A program made the translations under genes and the position numbers. Positions 1 to 9,063 of a DNA stretch of 25,205 bases are shown here, one piece after another (within the stretch, counting starts at the first letter, position 1; every line of letters begins with the position of its first letter). Source of the DNA: a virus (Duplodnaviria; Caudoviricetes). The notes under the pieces are model-generated. The model saw nothing but the letters and a program-made list of their open reading frames with translations, did not search any database and was not told the DNA's origin. The stretch lies in the IMG/VR virus record IMGVR_UViG_3300005805_000451, positions 1-25,205 of that record; one strand, given 5' to 3'.

Positions 1-36
1 CAATAAAGGGTTCTTAAGAAAGATTGCCCAATTATA

Positions 37-369
37 ATGCCCAAACAAAAAAAGGTAAATAAAAGTGCTCAACCTCAACCAATGCCGTATATCCAAAGAT
101 TCGACTGGTTTGAACTAGCAGCCTGTAAAAAGAAGACCGAACTAATGTTTCCCAAAGAACATAAGGACATTACCTACATTGCACAGGCTAGGGCAATATG
201 TAAGAGCTGTCCTGTGAAGGCTCCGTGTTTAGAGTATGCACTGGAGTTTCCACCTGCAGATATGCATGGAGTGTGGGCAGGATTAACTAGTAGACAACTA
301 GCAGCAGAGCAAAGACGCAGGGGAGTAAAGCCAACAAGGCCGACCCTTGCACAGATGTGGGGAAGCTAA
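37..369 (+). CDS. whiB: WhiB-family (Wbl) Fe-S transcriptional regulator
   Basis: W...AAC, CxxC (CKSC), APCLEYAL and GVWAG turn, then a basic C-terminal helix: the four-Cys Wbl signature. Confidence 0.95.
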   Translation: MPKQKKVNKSAQPQPMPYIQRFDWFELAACKKKTELMFPKEHKDITYIAQARAICKSCPVKAPCLEYALEFPPADMHGVWAGLTSRQLAAEQRRRGVKPTRPTLAQMWGS

Positions 370-458
370 TGGAAGCAACCATATGCTCATGCATTAAGAA
401 GAAGATTCTCCCTACATACCCAATATGCGGAGAGAAGTTAGACGACTTCGAAGACTAA
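369..458 (+). CDS. 29-aa Cys-containing small hypothetical protein (not in ORF track)
   Basis: TAATG overlap with whiB stop; MEATICSCIKKKILPTYPICGEKLDDFED; stop overlaps stop of the convergent gene. Confidence 0.5.
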   Translation: MEATICSCIKKKILPTYPICGEKLDDFED

Positions 459-805
459 CTAACTCTTAAATTACAGGTCTTACAGAACTCCATACCTGAT
501 ATTTCAGTAAGTTCCTGAACGCATTCCTTTTGACCACAAGGCTGGAGAAGTCTTTCACCAGTGATGTACGAACGGATTACATCGTCAGCAGTGACCCTAC
601 TGTATTGGGAAGGACCAGGCTCAGGGATGTTCTTTTCGTTCCGTATGAACACAAGGGCTGCATAAGTAATCAGTTGATTGACTGAAACCCCTATCTCTTG
701 CGCATAGCGAACAATCTCATTTTTTTGAGCACCCGTAACTGAGAGGGCAATGCCGTACTTACGGTTAGGGAACTTGGCTAATTCCCTTTTACGCACCAGG
801 ACCAT
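455..805 (-). CDS. putative ribbon-helix-helix DNA-binding protein with C-terminal 4-Cys Zn-ribbon-like motif
   Basis: IALSV...KNEIVRYAQEIGVSVNQLI pattern; PCGQKEC...FCKTC. Confidence 0.6.
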   Translation of the reverse strand: MVLVRKRELAKFPNRKYGIALSVTGAQKNEIVRYAQEIGVSVNQLITYAALVFIRNEKNIPEPGPSQYSRVTADDVIRSYITGERLLQPCGQKECVQELTEISGMEFCKTCNLRVS

Positions 806-962
806 CTCTATATACGAGAGATTTTATATAGTCCGTAAGGGTAAGGTCGACCGCTTCAGCTTGGGTAATAAGGCGTTCTTTAAAGTCTCTATCTACTTTG
901 ATGGTCACAGTCGTATGTTCTTTGACTGGATGAACTACTGGACGCCCCTGATTCCGCTTCAT
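789..962 (-). CDS. 57-aa ribbon-helix-helix-like DNA-binding protein (not in ORF track)
   Basis: Manual translation MKRNQGRPVVHPVKEHTTVTIKVDRDFKERLITQAEAVDLTLTDYIKSLVYRDGPGA; GRP plus strand-helix-helix pattern. Confidence 0.7.
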   Translation of the reverse strand: MKRNQGRPVVHPVKEHTTVTIKVDRDFKERLITQAEAVDLTLTDYIKSLVYRDGPGA

Positions 963-971
963 AGCCAGATG

Positions 972-1112
972 TTAGCCGAAGATAAGTCTGTTGATGAGCA
1001 GAGCTAGAGAAATAACGGAAATAGCACGGACCCAGAAGGAGGCAGGGGAATACGAGATGATGAAAATAGCCGATAGACCCAGTAGGAAGAGAACAAATTC
1101 AAGAATTGGCAT
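972..1112 (-). CDS. 46-aa small membrane protein (not in ORF track)
   Basis: GAAAGG SD then ATG; MPILEFVLFLLGLSAIFIISYSPASFWVRAISVISLALLINRLIFG, two hydrophobic segments. Confidence 0.65.
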   Translation of the reverse strand: MPILEFVLFLLGLSAIFIISYSPASFWVRAISVISLALLINRLIFG

Positions 1113-1122
1113 GAGAGACCTT

Positions 1123-1299
1123 TCAGCTTACGAGGGAATTGAGGAAGTCAATTACCCACCAGCATAGCCATAGGTAGATGGCTAGACCAGCAGACCAGTA
1201 GAGAGCGATGAGGAGACGACGAAAATAGACTGAAAAAGAGGCAAAAAGCTTGCGCCCGTCCGGTTTTTTCGTTTCAAAATTTTTTTTGTCAGTGCCCAA
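1123..1299 (-). CDS. 58-aa single-pass membrane protein (not in ORF track)
   Basis: AAGGAGG SD, TTG start abutting the upstream stop; basic N-terminus then LLIALYWSAGLAIYLWLCWWVI. Confidence 0.6.
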   Translation of the reverse strand: MGTDKKNFETKKPDGRKLFASFSVYFRRLLIALYWSAGLAIYLWLCWWVIDFLNSLVS

Positions 1300-1776
1300 C
1301 TACAAATCCTCCTTTTGTATGGCGTACTTGTCTTGCTCTAGTTTCTGGACTACCTGCTCATACGTGCGTACGAAGACCTCTCTATCGCCATTGGTGTGCA
1401 TGTCGTACGAAACTTCCCCTAATTTATTTAGCGTAATTTTTAGGGCCTCGTCGAAAGGGGGTCTTTCTGTTTGGGCACCGGAATGTACCTCTTTTAATAT
1501 CCCCTGAAAAATACCCCAAGCAGAATAGGCATCTAAAAATGGGGGTATTTTATTACGGGTATCTATTGCGGTACGTCTGACGTCCCCAGGCCTGGGCATG
1601 AACTTGGCGTGTGTCGCTAGCTGGATGAAGGCCGCCTTAACGTCCTCGTACTCTAAGTCGCGCAGTAACTCATGCCATGCGTTAAAGGTAGCCTTCTCGT
1701 CTACTTTCAGTAGCTGTTGATTGTAAGTTGCGTATGCTTGTCTTACTATCTCTACTGTCTGGTCTTTGGTAATCAG
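1300..1776 (-). CDS. replicative helicase loader/inhibitor (SPP1 G39P-like) protein; extended 5' of the track ORF, probable CTG start
   Basis: Frame of 1300..1599 is open to 1776: ITKDQTVEIVRQAYATY...AWHELLRDLEYEDVKAAFIQLATHAKFMPRPGDVR resembles G39P-like N-domain; GAGGA SD 6 nt before CTG in a CTGA overlap. Confidence 0.7.
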   Translation of the reverse strand: MITKDQTVEIVRQAYATYNQQLLKVDEKATFNAWHELLRDLEYEDVKAAFIQLATHAKFMPRPGDVRRTAIDTRNKIPPFLDAYSAWGIFQGILKEVHSGAQTERPPFDEALKITLNKLGEVSYDMHTNGDREVFVRTYEQVVQKLEQDKYAIQKEDL

Positions 1777-2186
1777 AATGGTTCCTCGTTTGTGGTGTCC
1801 TCAGATACTAGGGCAAGAAAGCGCTCTATGTGCTCTGAGTCGCGCAATATGAGTTCGATGTCGTTGTACACACGGTTGTTCTTGTTACGCCCCATGTGGA
1901 AGTCTGAGAGGGAACAGCCGACTATGGCGTCTCTACAGGCTTCGATTCCATAGTCGTGTATTGCAGCTCCTATGGCCTGTCTGCGCTTCTCGTCTAGTGC
2001 GACGCGCTTCTTATTGAACGTCAGGACCCAGAAGTCAAATACTTCTTGAATTTGTTTCTGCTCTACTAGCAAGGACTTTCTGTTCTTGCTGATTGTTGCA
2101 GCACGGGGGCGTTTCTGAGGTCCCCTTTTCTTAGCTGGTTCTGTCATTTCAAAAAGCCTTTCCACCACCGTAATATTTGAAGACAT
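1773..2186 (-). CDS. phage replication initiator/replisome organizer C-terminal-like protein (start may be ATG 2147)
   Basis: EVFDFW...RRQAI...AIVGCSLSDFHMGRN...DIELILR pattern; coupled to the G39P-like gene. Confidence 0.55.
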   Translation of the reverse strand: MSSNITVVERLFEMTEPAKKRGPQKRPRAATISKNRKSLLVEQKQIQEVFDFWVLTFNKKRVALDEKRRQAIGAAIHDYGIEACRDAIVGCSLSDFHMGRNKNNRVYNDIELILRDSEHIERFLALVSEDTTNEEPF

Positions 2187-2498
2187 AGTTCTCCCCCTTG
2201 AAAGTTGAGTTTATAAGATTCGTAGGTAAATCTCTAACTTTCTAATCTCTAATTTTTTTCTTGGAAGAATGTTGCGACTCATACTGAATATGAGTTATTG
2301 AATTATTCCGAGAAACAAACTAGATAAATAAAGAGAGAATAGATAACCCCATTTGGAGGGGGTCTGGGGGAACCTTTTATTTCCGCAGACCTGTCCAAAT
2401 ACGTCGCCATGTAAGCCCTCTGAAAATATCAGAAAGTTAATCTAGGTGATTTAGTTGTAGGGCCTACACATTTCACTGGGAGCTATCCAGCGGCATTC

Positions 2499-2527
2499 AA
2501 GTTAGCAGAGTCTTCCACCACCGTCAA
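2499..2527 (-). promoter_or_regulatory. sigma70/SigA-type promoter TTGACG-N17-TAACTT overlapping a TGACGGTGGTGGAA box
   Basis: -35 at 2527-2522, -10 at 2504-2499, 17-bp spacer. Confidence 0.55.
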
Positions 2528-2772
2528 ACATAGAGAGAAGATTTTTCAGATTTTTTTTCGGCTGTCTGGTTTGATTTATCCAGACCTGCGCACAGCTTGT
2601 GTACGGTTCCACAGCGGGGCTCTGACCTGTGATATATTTTATCCTCGATGCCGGAAGGTCCCCCCTTTCTCCTCCCGGTGTCACTCGACCCCGGGGTTGA
2701 GATAAAGCGGGTTTGTAGGTGGCGCGCTTGGTCTCCTCCGGGGTCACTTTTTATCCCCGGACCAGCCACCGC

Positions 2773-3144
2773 TTATTGTCCCTTTTTGTCTTCGTCTATT
2801 TCTTTTTGTATTTGTCGTTGCGTATTAATTCGGCCAAGTTCGATGCTTTCTTCGAACTTCTGAATCCAAACATCTCGGTCTTCGTAGAAACTCCAATTTT
2901 CGAAAAGCATTACTTCGGCAAGGACAATTTCTGAACTCAGAGGGTATCCGGTTAGCGCGCTGAACCATTCAACCTCATATGCATTTGGAGTTCCATATCC
3001 ATCCCTGCTGAAAACCGATTTAATAAATCCTTGAGTATTCACGTATCGGTGTTTTGGGTAATATTCCAGGTACCCAGCTTCCAGGTGTTTGTGGACGAAT
3101 CTGCCCACCAGGCCTTCTGATTGTTTTGTGTTTGAATTTGTCAT
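2773..3144 (-). CDS. hypothetical protein
   Basis: AAGGA SD and ATG; fits minus-strand gene run. Confidence 0.75.
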   Translation of the reverse strand: MTNSNTKQSEGLVGRFVHKHLEAGYLEYYPKHRYVNTQGFIKSVFSRDGYGTPNAYEVEWFSALTGYPLSSEIVLAEVMLFENWSFYEDRDVWIQKFEESIELGRINTQRQIQKEIDEDKKGQ

Positions 3145-3203
3145 GTTTTTTCCTTTTGTTCTAATGGGTGATGGTCCTTTCCACCACCGTCATATAAAAG
3201 AAG

Positions 3204-3746
3204 TTATTTTTTCTTTTTATTCTTCTTTATCTTCTGAGCTTCAGCTGCGTGTGCTGCCTCGTGCTCAAGCATCTCTTGGAACTCAATCATGTCGCGCATC
3301 TGCTGCTCGTACTCGATGTTCATTAGCAGGGTCTGGATGTCTGCCACCTGTTTCCAGCGCTTTCTTGACGGCTTCTTCGCAGATATCTCTACTAGCGCGT
3401 ACATACCCTCTTCATCTTCGAGCAGCTCAGCATCTGATTGATTCACATCCCAGGCCGAATGGGGCGCGTGGAGATTCGAAGATAACAGCACATCTAGTGG
3501 GACAGCTGCTGCAGAGTTGATGTTCTGGACGAGTACATATGGCCGCACGGATTTAGAATATTCATCATGCGCGCCGGTAACACCCCAGCCGATTACCTGG
3601 AACACGTGCCGTGAACGTCGAGAAAAAGTAATTTTTAATTTGTTTTTCTTCTCGTTGATGACTCCGCCCAGGTAAAGAACATAGACAAAAAGTGGAGTTA
3701 ATTGTGGGGTGAGCTGGAGCTCAGAAGATTCGAAGTGAGAGGCCAT
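3204..3746 (-). CDS. hypothetical protein with C-terminal helical, Lys-rich tail
   Basis: AAGGAG SD upstream; 180-aa ORF in minus-strand run; start uncertain. Confidence 0.7.
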   Translation of the reverse strand: MASHFESSELQLTPQLTPLFVYVLYLGGVINEKKNKLKITFSRRSRHVFQVIGWGVTGAHDEYSKSVRPYVLVQNINSAAAVPLDVLLSSNLHAPHSAWDVNQSDAELLEDEEGMYALVEISAKKPSRKRWKQVADIQTLLMNIEYEQQMRDMIEFQEMLEHEAAHAAEAQKIKKNKKKK

Positions 3747-3772
3747 AATAAATTTCTCCTTTTTTTGAATTA

Positions 3773-3816
3773 TTCGCTCGAGACCAGAACGTTCCGTGAA
3801 TCTAGTCTCGAGCGAA
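3773..3816. terminator. intergenic stem-loop (terminator or processing site)
   Basis: TTCGCTCGAGAC...GTCTCGAGCGAA inverted repeat. Confidence 0.45.
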
Positions 3817-3841
3817 ATCTGTAAATTTTTAACTTTTTTGA

Positions 3842-4492
3842 CTATTCAGCGGCCGGAGCCAGGGGCAATAAAAACCAATTTCTTTCCCACATGATGCCGA
3901 TTGACGCGTAACCGATGACGTCAATGAAGTTATCCACCACCGATTCGTTTTCTGGGTCAGTGTTGTTCTGGATGAGGTTCTCGAGACGCGCGACTTTGTC
4001 ATGCATTCTCACGAGTAGACCGGCGCGACCGAATCGAGCAATGTTGTGGTGCCCATAGTCGCGCTGCTTTTTAACAAGAATCTTTGATATATCATCGACC
4101 CAGTAATTTAAATTCTCATCAATCTCAGAAAAGACATTTTTTTTCTCAGCAACAACAGCTGAAGTTCTTCCCAAAATAGACCAGTAAGCAGCCGCAGTAT
4201 TTCCTGAGATTTCTTTCTTTGACTCTGGTCCCATCTCGTCGATTAAATAATCGAGATATTCTCTGACGTCTGACATCCTGTCCCACGTGTTAAAAGAATG
4301 ATTAAAAATTACAAAAACTGCACGGCGTGCTGCGTCGTCCCAGGTAGTGGGTTGATTCTTACGCCCGTAGGCCCAGTCGACCATTTTGACTAGGTCGAGC
4401 TGACCATCGGTCATGGTTTCCACCACCGTCGAATTAATAGGGACATCAAACTTTGTTTGTTGTGCTAGTGGCAGCATTACAGGTCCTTCCAT
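3842..4492 (-). CDS. DUF1599 / nucleotide-modification-associated domain 1 protein (start may be ATG 4414)
   Basis: KKQRDYG...RMHDKVARLENL...ESVVDNFIDVIGYA C-terminal signature. Confidence 0.8.
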   Translation of the reverse strand: MEGPVMLPLAQQTKFDVPINSTVVETMTDGQLDLVKMVDWAYGRKNQPTTWDDAARRAVFVIFNHSFNTWDRMSDVREYLDYLIDEMGPESKKEISGNTAAAYWSILGRTSAVVAEKKNVFSEIDENLNYWVDDISKILVKKQRDYGHHNIARFGRAGLLVRMHDKVARLENLIQNNTDPENESVVDNFIDVIGYASIGIMWERNWFLLPLAPAAE

Positions 4493-4917
4493 TTAGGTGG
4501 GTTCGATTCACACTCTAGCGTAATTTTTTCATTCAGCAACTCTAGAAACTCAACCCATGCTTCATCTCGGAGCCCCGGTACTAGCTGCTCGATATAATCA
4601 ATTTGGTCTTGAATGTATTCCTTGGAAAAGGCCGCCAGGATTACATTTGGATTCGAGCACGGAAACAACACCGGTCCATTCAAATCACCGATTGATGACT
4701 CTGGCACGTGGATTGCTTTTATTGCGTACGAGCCATCAGTCGACACGAATATGACGTTGTGTTCTTTCTGTTCAGTTTCTTCGAGTTCTTCGAGCATTGC
4801 TGCGGCAACTTCATCATTAATTCCAGACGCCGCCAGCGCTGCAGTTAACTCTTCTTTTCGTTCAAATGGGACTGAAGCTTCAAAGTCATCAAATGGATTT
4901 TTCAAGTGCACCTCCAT
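4477..4917 (-). CDS. hypothetical acidic protein
   Basis: 146-aa ORF at the head of the minus-strand run. Confidence 0.7.
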   Translation of the reverse strand: MEVHLKNPFDDFEASVPFERKEELTAALAASGINDEVAAAMLEELEETEQKEHNVIFVSTDGSYAIKAIHVPESSIGDLNGPVLFPCSNPNVILAAFSKEYIQDQIDYIEQLVPGLRDEAWVEFLELLNEKITLECESNPPKWKDL

Positions 4918-5029
4918 GGGCTGAGCTAATCTTACTGGCGCGCAGCTCAGATGTTAAGTTTTGTTGTAATAAATAATTAAATGTCAACTGTTTCCGTGAG
5001 GCAGCGGATGCCGTACTAATCTCTGGTTT

Positions 5030-5401
5030 ATGGATAACACGACAAGATTCAATACCTATATTAAAGCACTTTCTCAGTTCGCCGCGCGCGAGGGACATTG
5101 CAATGTTCCAGCCATCCATACTGAAATTATTGAAAATAATGATGTCACACTGGGAGCTTGGGTTGGCTACGTTCGCCAGAGACGCAGAAAAAATCAACTT
5201 TCTGAAGAGCGCGCAGCGGCTATCCAGGCTGTTTCCGGCTGGCAGTGGGGTCCACTGAAGCCTGGTCCTGCTACAGATGCGAACAGAAATTACGAAATTT
5301 TGCAGATGCGCGCAGCCGGTTCTTCGCTCCGCCAAATTGCAGATAAGTTTGATTTGAGTCGGCAGCGCGTTCATCAAATTGTTAAAAATATTCAGGTCTA
5401 A
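5030..5401 (+). CDS. helicase-associated (HA) domain fused to a C-terminal HTH; putative DNA-binding regulator
   Basis: ALSQFAAREGHCNVP...LGAWVGYVRQRRRKNQLSEER...GWQW is HA-domain-like; GSSLRQIADKFDLSRQRVHQI is an HTH. Confidence 0.8.
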   Translation: MDNTTRFNTYIKALSQFAAREGHCNVPAIHTEIIENNDVTLGAWVGYVRQRRRKNQLSEERAAAIQAVSGWQWGPLKPGPATDANRNYEILQMRAAGSSLRQIADKFDLSRQRVHQIVKNIQV

Positions 5402-5591
5402 TCCAGACACCGGGTCGACGGAAAAACTGTAAAAAAAACGATTTTTTTCACCATCAGCGGCCGGTCCGGTCTTCAGAAAAAACTTACTTTTTTGAGCATC
5501 TGAGCTGCACCTGAAGTGTTCAAAAAACGTGAAAATTTGGTATTGACCAGAACGTGCACACGAGTCCCAAGTCTGGATATGATTAGGAATT

Positions 5592-5903
5592 ATGAAAAAG
5601 AATTCCTTTCCACCACCGTCGTATAACGAGAGACATGGGTACAACGACTTGTACCTAGACAGCCTGGATGACGATGACATCAGTGAATCAAAAAAGAATA
5701 TTATTGGTGCGCTGGCTGTCGGAATCGTTGGGCACGCAGCGACAATCGTTTTGTATTCTGTCATCATCAATGGATTACTTTCAATAGCTCGTGAGTCCCG
5801 GCTTTTTGATTGGCAAATTTCATTTCGCAATTTAGTGACCGCAGTATTCCTAGTGCAGGCGTTGCGAATTTGGGACAGGGCTATTCGCTCTCGTCAACGA
5901 TAG
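5592..5903 (+). CDS. hypothetical membrane protein
   Basis: AGGA SD; two hydrophobic segments. Confidence 0.7.
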   Translation: MKKNSFPPPSYNERHGYNDLYLDSLDDDDISESKKNIIGALAVGIVGHAATIVLYSVIINGLLSIARESRLFDWQISFRNLVTAVFLVQALRIWDRAIRSRQR

Positions 5904-6189
5904 TTAAGCGTGGCTGTTTGAAGCCACTGGTTGGGTGATTTGCTTTAGACATCTCCATAGAGTGAATCATCTCTGTAAGGCTCACCCAAATACCATTAGT
6001 TGGTAATGAGAACTTAATTCTCTGCTCCTCTGTGAAGCGAGTAGCGAGGGCTAGTTCCGTCCACCACCCAGTTGCCTCGTTGAAGTACATGTCCCCCCAT
6101 GTATCGGGTTGCTCCCCGGTACGCAGGATTACGAACTCAAGAGGCTTGTCAATCGCTTTGTTCTGAATGAGAGTGAATTTATTCTGCAC
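5881..6189 (-). CDS. hypothetical protein (GTG start preferred over track start)
   Basis: GGAG SD 6 nt before GTG at 6189; overlaps the end of the upstream gene. Confidence 0.65.
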   Translation of the reverse strand: MQNKFTLIQNKAIDKPLEFVILRTGEQPDTWGDMYFNEATGWWTELALATRFTEEQRIKFSLPTNGIWVSLTEMIHSMEMSKANHPTSGFKQPRLTIVDESE

Positions 6190-6367
6190 TGAATACTCCG
6201 TCGTAGTAGTCCTGTACCATTTCTGCGAGTAGACCGTCAACAAAGTTTTCTACTCTTCCCTCAATCTCGCTACCCACGTTCTTCCATTCTTCATCGGTGA
6301 GTGGCTTCTCAATCCAGTGTTCAAAATCTTCTCTTGTCACTGGTTCAAACTTTACTTCTGTTTCCAT
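6179..6367 (-). CDS. small acidic hypothetical protein
   Basis: TATAAT, ACTACTAAC leader and AAGGAG SD upstream. Confidence 0.75.
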   Translation of the reverse strand: METEVKFEPVTREDFEHWIEKPLTDEEWKNVGSEIEGRVENFVDGLLAEMVQDYYDGVFSAE

Positions 6368-6529
6368 GACTGCTCCTTGTTAGTAGTTGTTGGTAATTAT
6401 ATATCGAATTTTGATGAATCCCCCCAGCGTTGAAAGGAGGGTAAGCACGCTGAGGGGATTACATCTGCGCCGATTAAAGCGCATGTCGTGGAGTGCGCTA
6501 TCCCGAGACACACTCCGCGACACACCTCG

Positions 6530-8068
6530 TTAGATTAGTTCAGAGCCGTTTAGTTCCTTGTATGTTCGTTTAAACATTTCAGGGTAAATACTCTCTGCCT
6601 TGTTTCCGTTCTTTAGGTTCTTAAGTTGACCAACTGCTTCGTCCACATGTGGCACAACAATAATGTTGTTTTTCTTGCAGAAGTTAATGCACTGCATAGC
6701 AAGTACTGCTTCGTAGTTGCCATGCGCACCGCACACTCCACCGTCAGTTACCCAAATAATTGGTGACTTAGAAGTTTGCTTCTGCTTCACGCCCCACTCA
6801 ATTGCAGGGAAGTCAACTCCGTTGCCGTATCCAACTTTCGGCAATTCATTAACCATTTTACCCTTGTGAGAAACTACCCAAAGGTTTGGTTCAGTGTCGC
6901 TACCTTTATCGGTGTACACAGCCACAGTTGCACCCGGTGCATTCTCAATAATCTGCGTAAGTTGTTCTCTGTTGAATGACATTGAACCACTTCCGTCAAT
7001 GATTACAACTCCACCAGTGCCACGAATTACTTTGTCAAAGATTCTCATCTGTGGGTCGGTAATCATTCGGTGCATACGGCGTGGACGCATTCCCATATTG
7101 GAAGCAACACGCTTCTTGCCTAAGTTGCCTTTTGACAACACTGGCATTGGCAGAAACTCAATGTTCAGTTTTCGCCAAGAAGCAACACGGTAGGTTGCAT
7201 TGGAACTGGTGATTCCCTTGTAAGGGTTTCCGTCATCTTTGCCTTTGTCGGTTGGCTTGATTCCCTTGTTGGAATGTCTGCCTGTACCCTCACTGGCTTC
7301 ACCGTCCTCACCCTCTGCTCCCTCTGATTCCTCGTCCTCTTTCCCAAGAGCCTTGCGTAGTTTCGCTTCCTCACGCTCTCTACGAGCCTTTTCTTTTTCC
7401 TCTGCTATCTGCTCGGGGGATTTTGCGCAAAGACGGTCAACCCATTCAGCCAGTCGTTCTGTGTGAATGAATCCCAAAGGGAATAGACCACTGCTTTCAT
7501 CAACTTTTGTTGAAGCGAGGTTGGAATACTTGTCAGCCTTTTTCATTTCCTTGACTGCTCGCTTAGAGATATCAAGAAGTATCGCACCCCACTCTCGCTT
7601 GTGTCTGCGGATTCCGTTCAGGAATAGTTTGTTGGACGCAGTGCCAGCAGTAGCAACTGCCATTTGCACAGCACCAGCCCAATCCTCTGTTGCACCAAGT
7701 CGTTCACCGTCAGCCATTTCGCCACCGTCCGCAAGGTCGTTCTTAACATCAAACCCTGCTTTTTGGCAAAGATAATTAACACGCAATTCCTCAACTACAA
7801 TCATTGAATGTTGAGTTGCAATCTTGCGGTCAATCCACTTTGACCAATCATCGGCAGGCGATACTTTTGCGTGAACCATTTCGTGCGCACGAATCGCCCG
7901 AGCAAGTGAATCATCATCAGTAGGAACTTTCATTTCCCGTGTAACGATGTTGGTGCAAGGTTCGCCACGAATTGCACGAACCTCGCCCACCGTCCATATG
8001 CCACCTTCCACATCTTGCCGTGAAAGAAACTCGGGTTCAGCCGAGATACGTTTTTTTACAGTTTTCAT
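6530..8068 (-). CDS. VWA-domain protein with N-terminal HExxH metallopeptidase-like motif (MoxR partner)
   Basis: AHEMVH; acidic linker; MIDAS VIIDGSGSMS and WVTDG. Confidence 0.85.
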   Translation of the reverse strand: MKTVKKRISAEPEFLSRQDVEGGIWTVGEVRAIRGEPCTNIVTREMKVPTDDDSLARAIRAHEMVHAKVSPADDWSKWIDRKIATQHSMIVVEELRVNYLCQKAGFDVKNDLADGGEMADGERLGATEDWAGAVQMAVATAGTASNKLFLNGIRRHKREWGAILLDISKRAVKEMKKADKYSNLASTKVDESSGLFPLGFIHTERLAEWVDRLCAKSPEQIAEEKEKARREREEAKLRKALGKEDEESEGAEGEDGEASEGTGRHSNKGIKPTDKGKDDGNPYKGITSSNATYRVASWRKLNIEFLPMPVLSKGNLGKKRVASNMGMRPRRMHRMITDPQMRIFDKVIRGTGGVVIIDGSGSMSFNREQLTQIIENAPGATVAVYTDKGSDTEPNLWVVSHKGKMVNELPKVGYGNGVDFPAIEWGVKQKQTSKSPIIWVTDGGVCGAHGNYEAVLAMQCINFCKKNNIIVVPHVDEAVGQLKNLKNGNKAESIYPEMFKRTYKELNGSELI

Positions 8069-8790
8069 CGTGACAACTTCTCAATCGCAATAGCGTCAAG
8101 AATTGACTGCGCCCTGTCACCGAATGTCAACTGGCTTGCTCGCTCATCGCCAAGACCCTTGCGTAGTTTGTCGTAAGCGATGAATGCTCGTAGTGAGATA
8201 CGGCGTTCGCCAGCGTCAGCCATACGAACTGCGAACTGGCGCAATTCAGGTGAAAGACGGAGCAAAGCGTCAGGGTGTGGTTCGTTGATACGAATCTTGA
8301 TTGGGAATCGGTCAGTGAGAGCCGTTGGCAATTCGCCCATGTTCTCAACATTGGTGGTCATGATTGCAGAGAAGCCTGCATTAGGACGGTGGACCCGACC
8401 AGTGTCAGGGTGTTCAAACGAAGCCGATTCAGGTGAATCCAACATTGACAAGAGCGTTGCATAAACATCGCCCGAAGCCTTGTCAATTTCGTCCACGATT
8501 AAGCGACCACCTTTAATGCCGTTTCCTGCCCAAGCCTTTAGAGCCGAACCGTCAAGCCACTTAGTGCCACCCTTACCGTCAGGTAGGAATGTTCCAGTAA
8601 CATCCATGTTGGTCATGTCCTCTGTGCATACCAATCGGAATGCGCCTGCTTCAACATCGCCAATGTGCATACCAGCGTATGTCTTGCCGATACCCGAAGG
8701 TCCAAAGAGGATTACTCGGTCAACACCATTGTTGAGAGCGTCCTCTAGGTCTTGCCAGCACTGTGGCAGTTTGGTTTGTGTAGTAGTCAT
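8065..8790 (-). CDS. MoxR-family (CbbQ/NirQ/CobS-like) AAA+ ATPase
   Basis: Walker A GPSGIGKT, Walker B LIVDEID, sensor MTTN, ALTDRF; ATGA overlap with VWA gene. Confidence 0.9.
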   Translation of the reverse strand: MTTTQTKLPQCWQDLEDALNNGVDRVILFGPSGIGKTYAGMHIGDVEAGAFRLVCTEDMTNMDVTGTFLPDGKGGTKWLDGSALKAWAGNGIKGGRLIVDEIDKASGDVYATLLSMLDSPESASFEHPDTGRVHRPNAGFSAIMTTNVENMGELPTALTDRFPIKIRINEPHPDALLRLSPELRQFAVRMADAGERRISLRAFIAYDKLRKGLGDERASQLTFGDRAQSILDAIAIEKLSR

Positions 8791-9063
8791 TTCTGTTTCC
8801 CTCCTTAAGGGTGTTTGGTTGTTGTAGTTACCTTACAGCAAGCAATACCAAATTTCCAAAATCGCTTTACACCGTTAGGCAGTACCTACTATAGGGCATG
8901 CAATACCAAATTTCCAAAATCGCTAGACACCCACATTACCTATAGAGCAATTTTTTGATTTTCTTGCAGGGGTGTAACAGGGTTTTTCCGGGGCTGTAGT
9001 TCTCGATTGTTAGGTTGTCCTAACATCTGCGGCCGGGGCTTTTAAAAAAGAATAAACCGGTAG

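Noticed and set aside
2502-2769. Two 81-aa minus-strand ORFs
   Set aside because: They overlap each other, lack a clear SD and run through regulatory motifs and T-tracts
4889-5830. 313-aa minus-strand ORF
   Set aside because: Antisense shadow of the HA-HTH and membrane genes; no recognisable motifs
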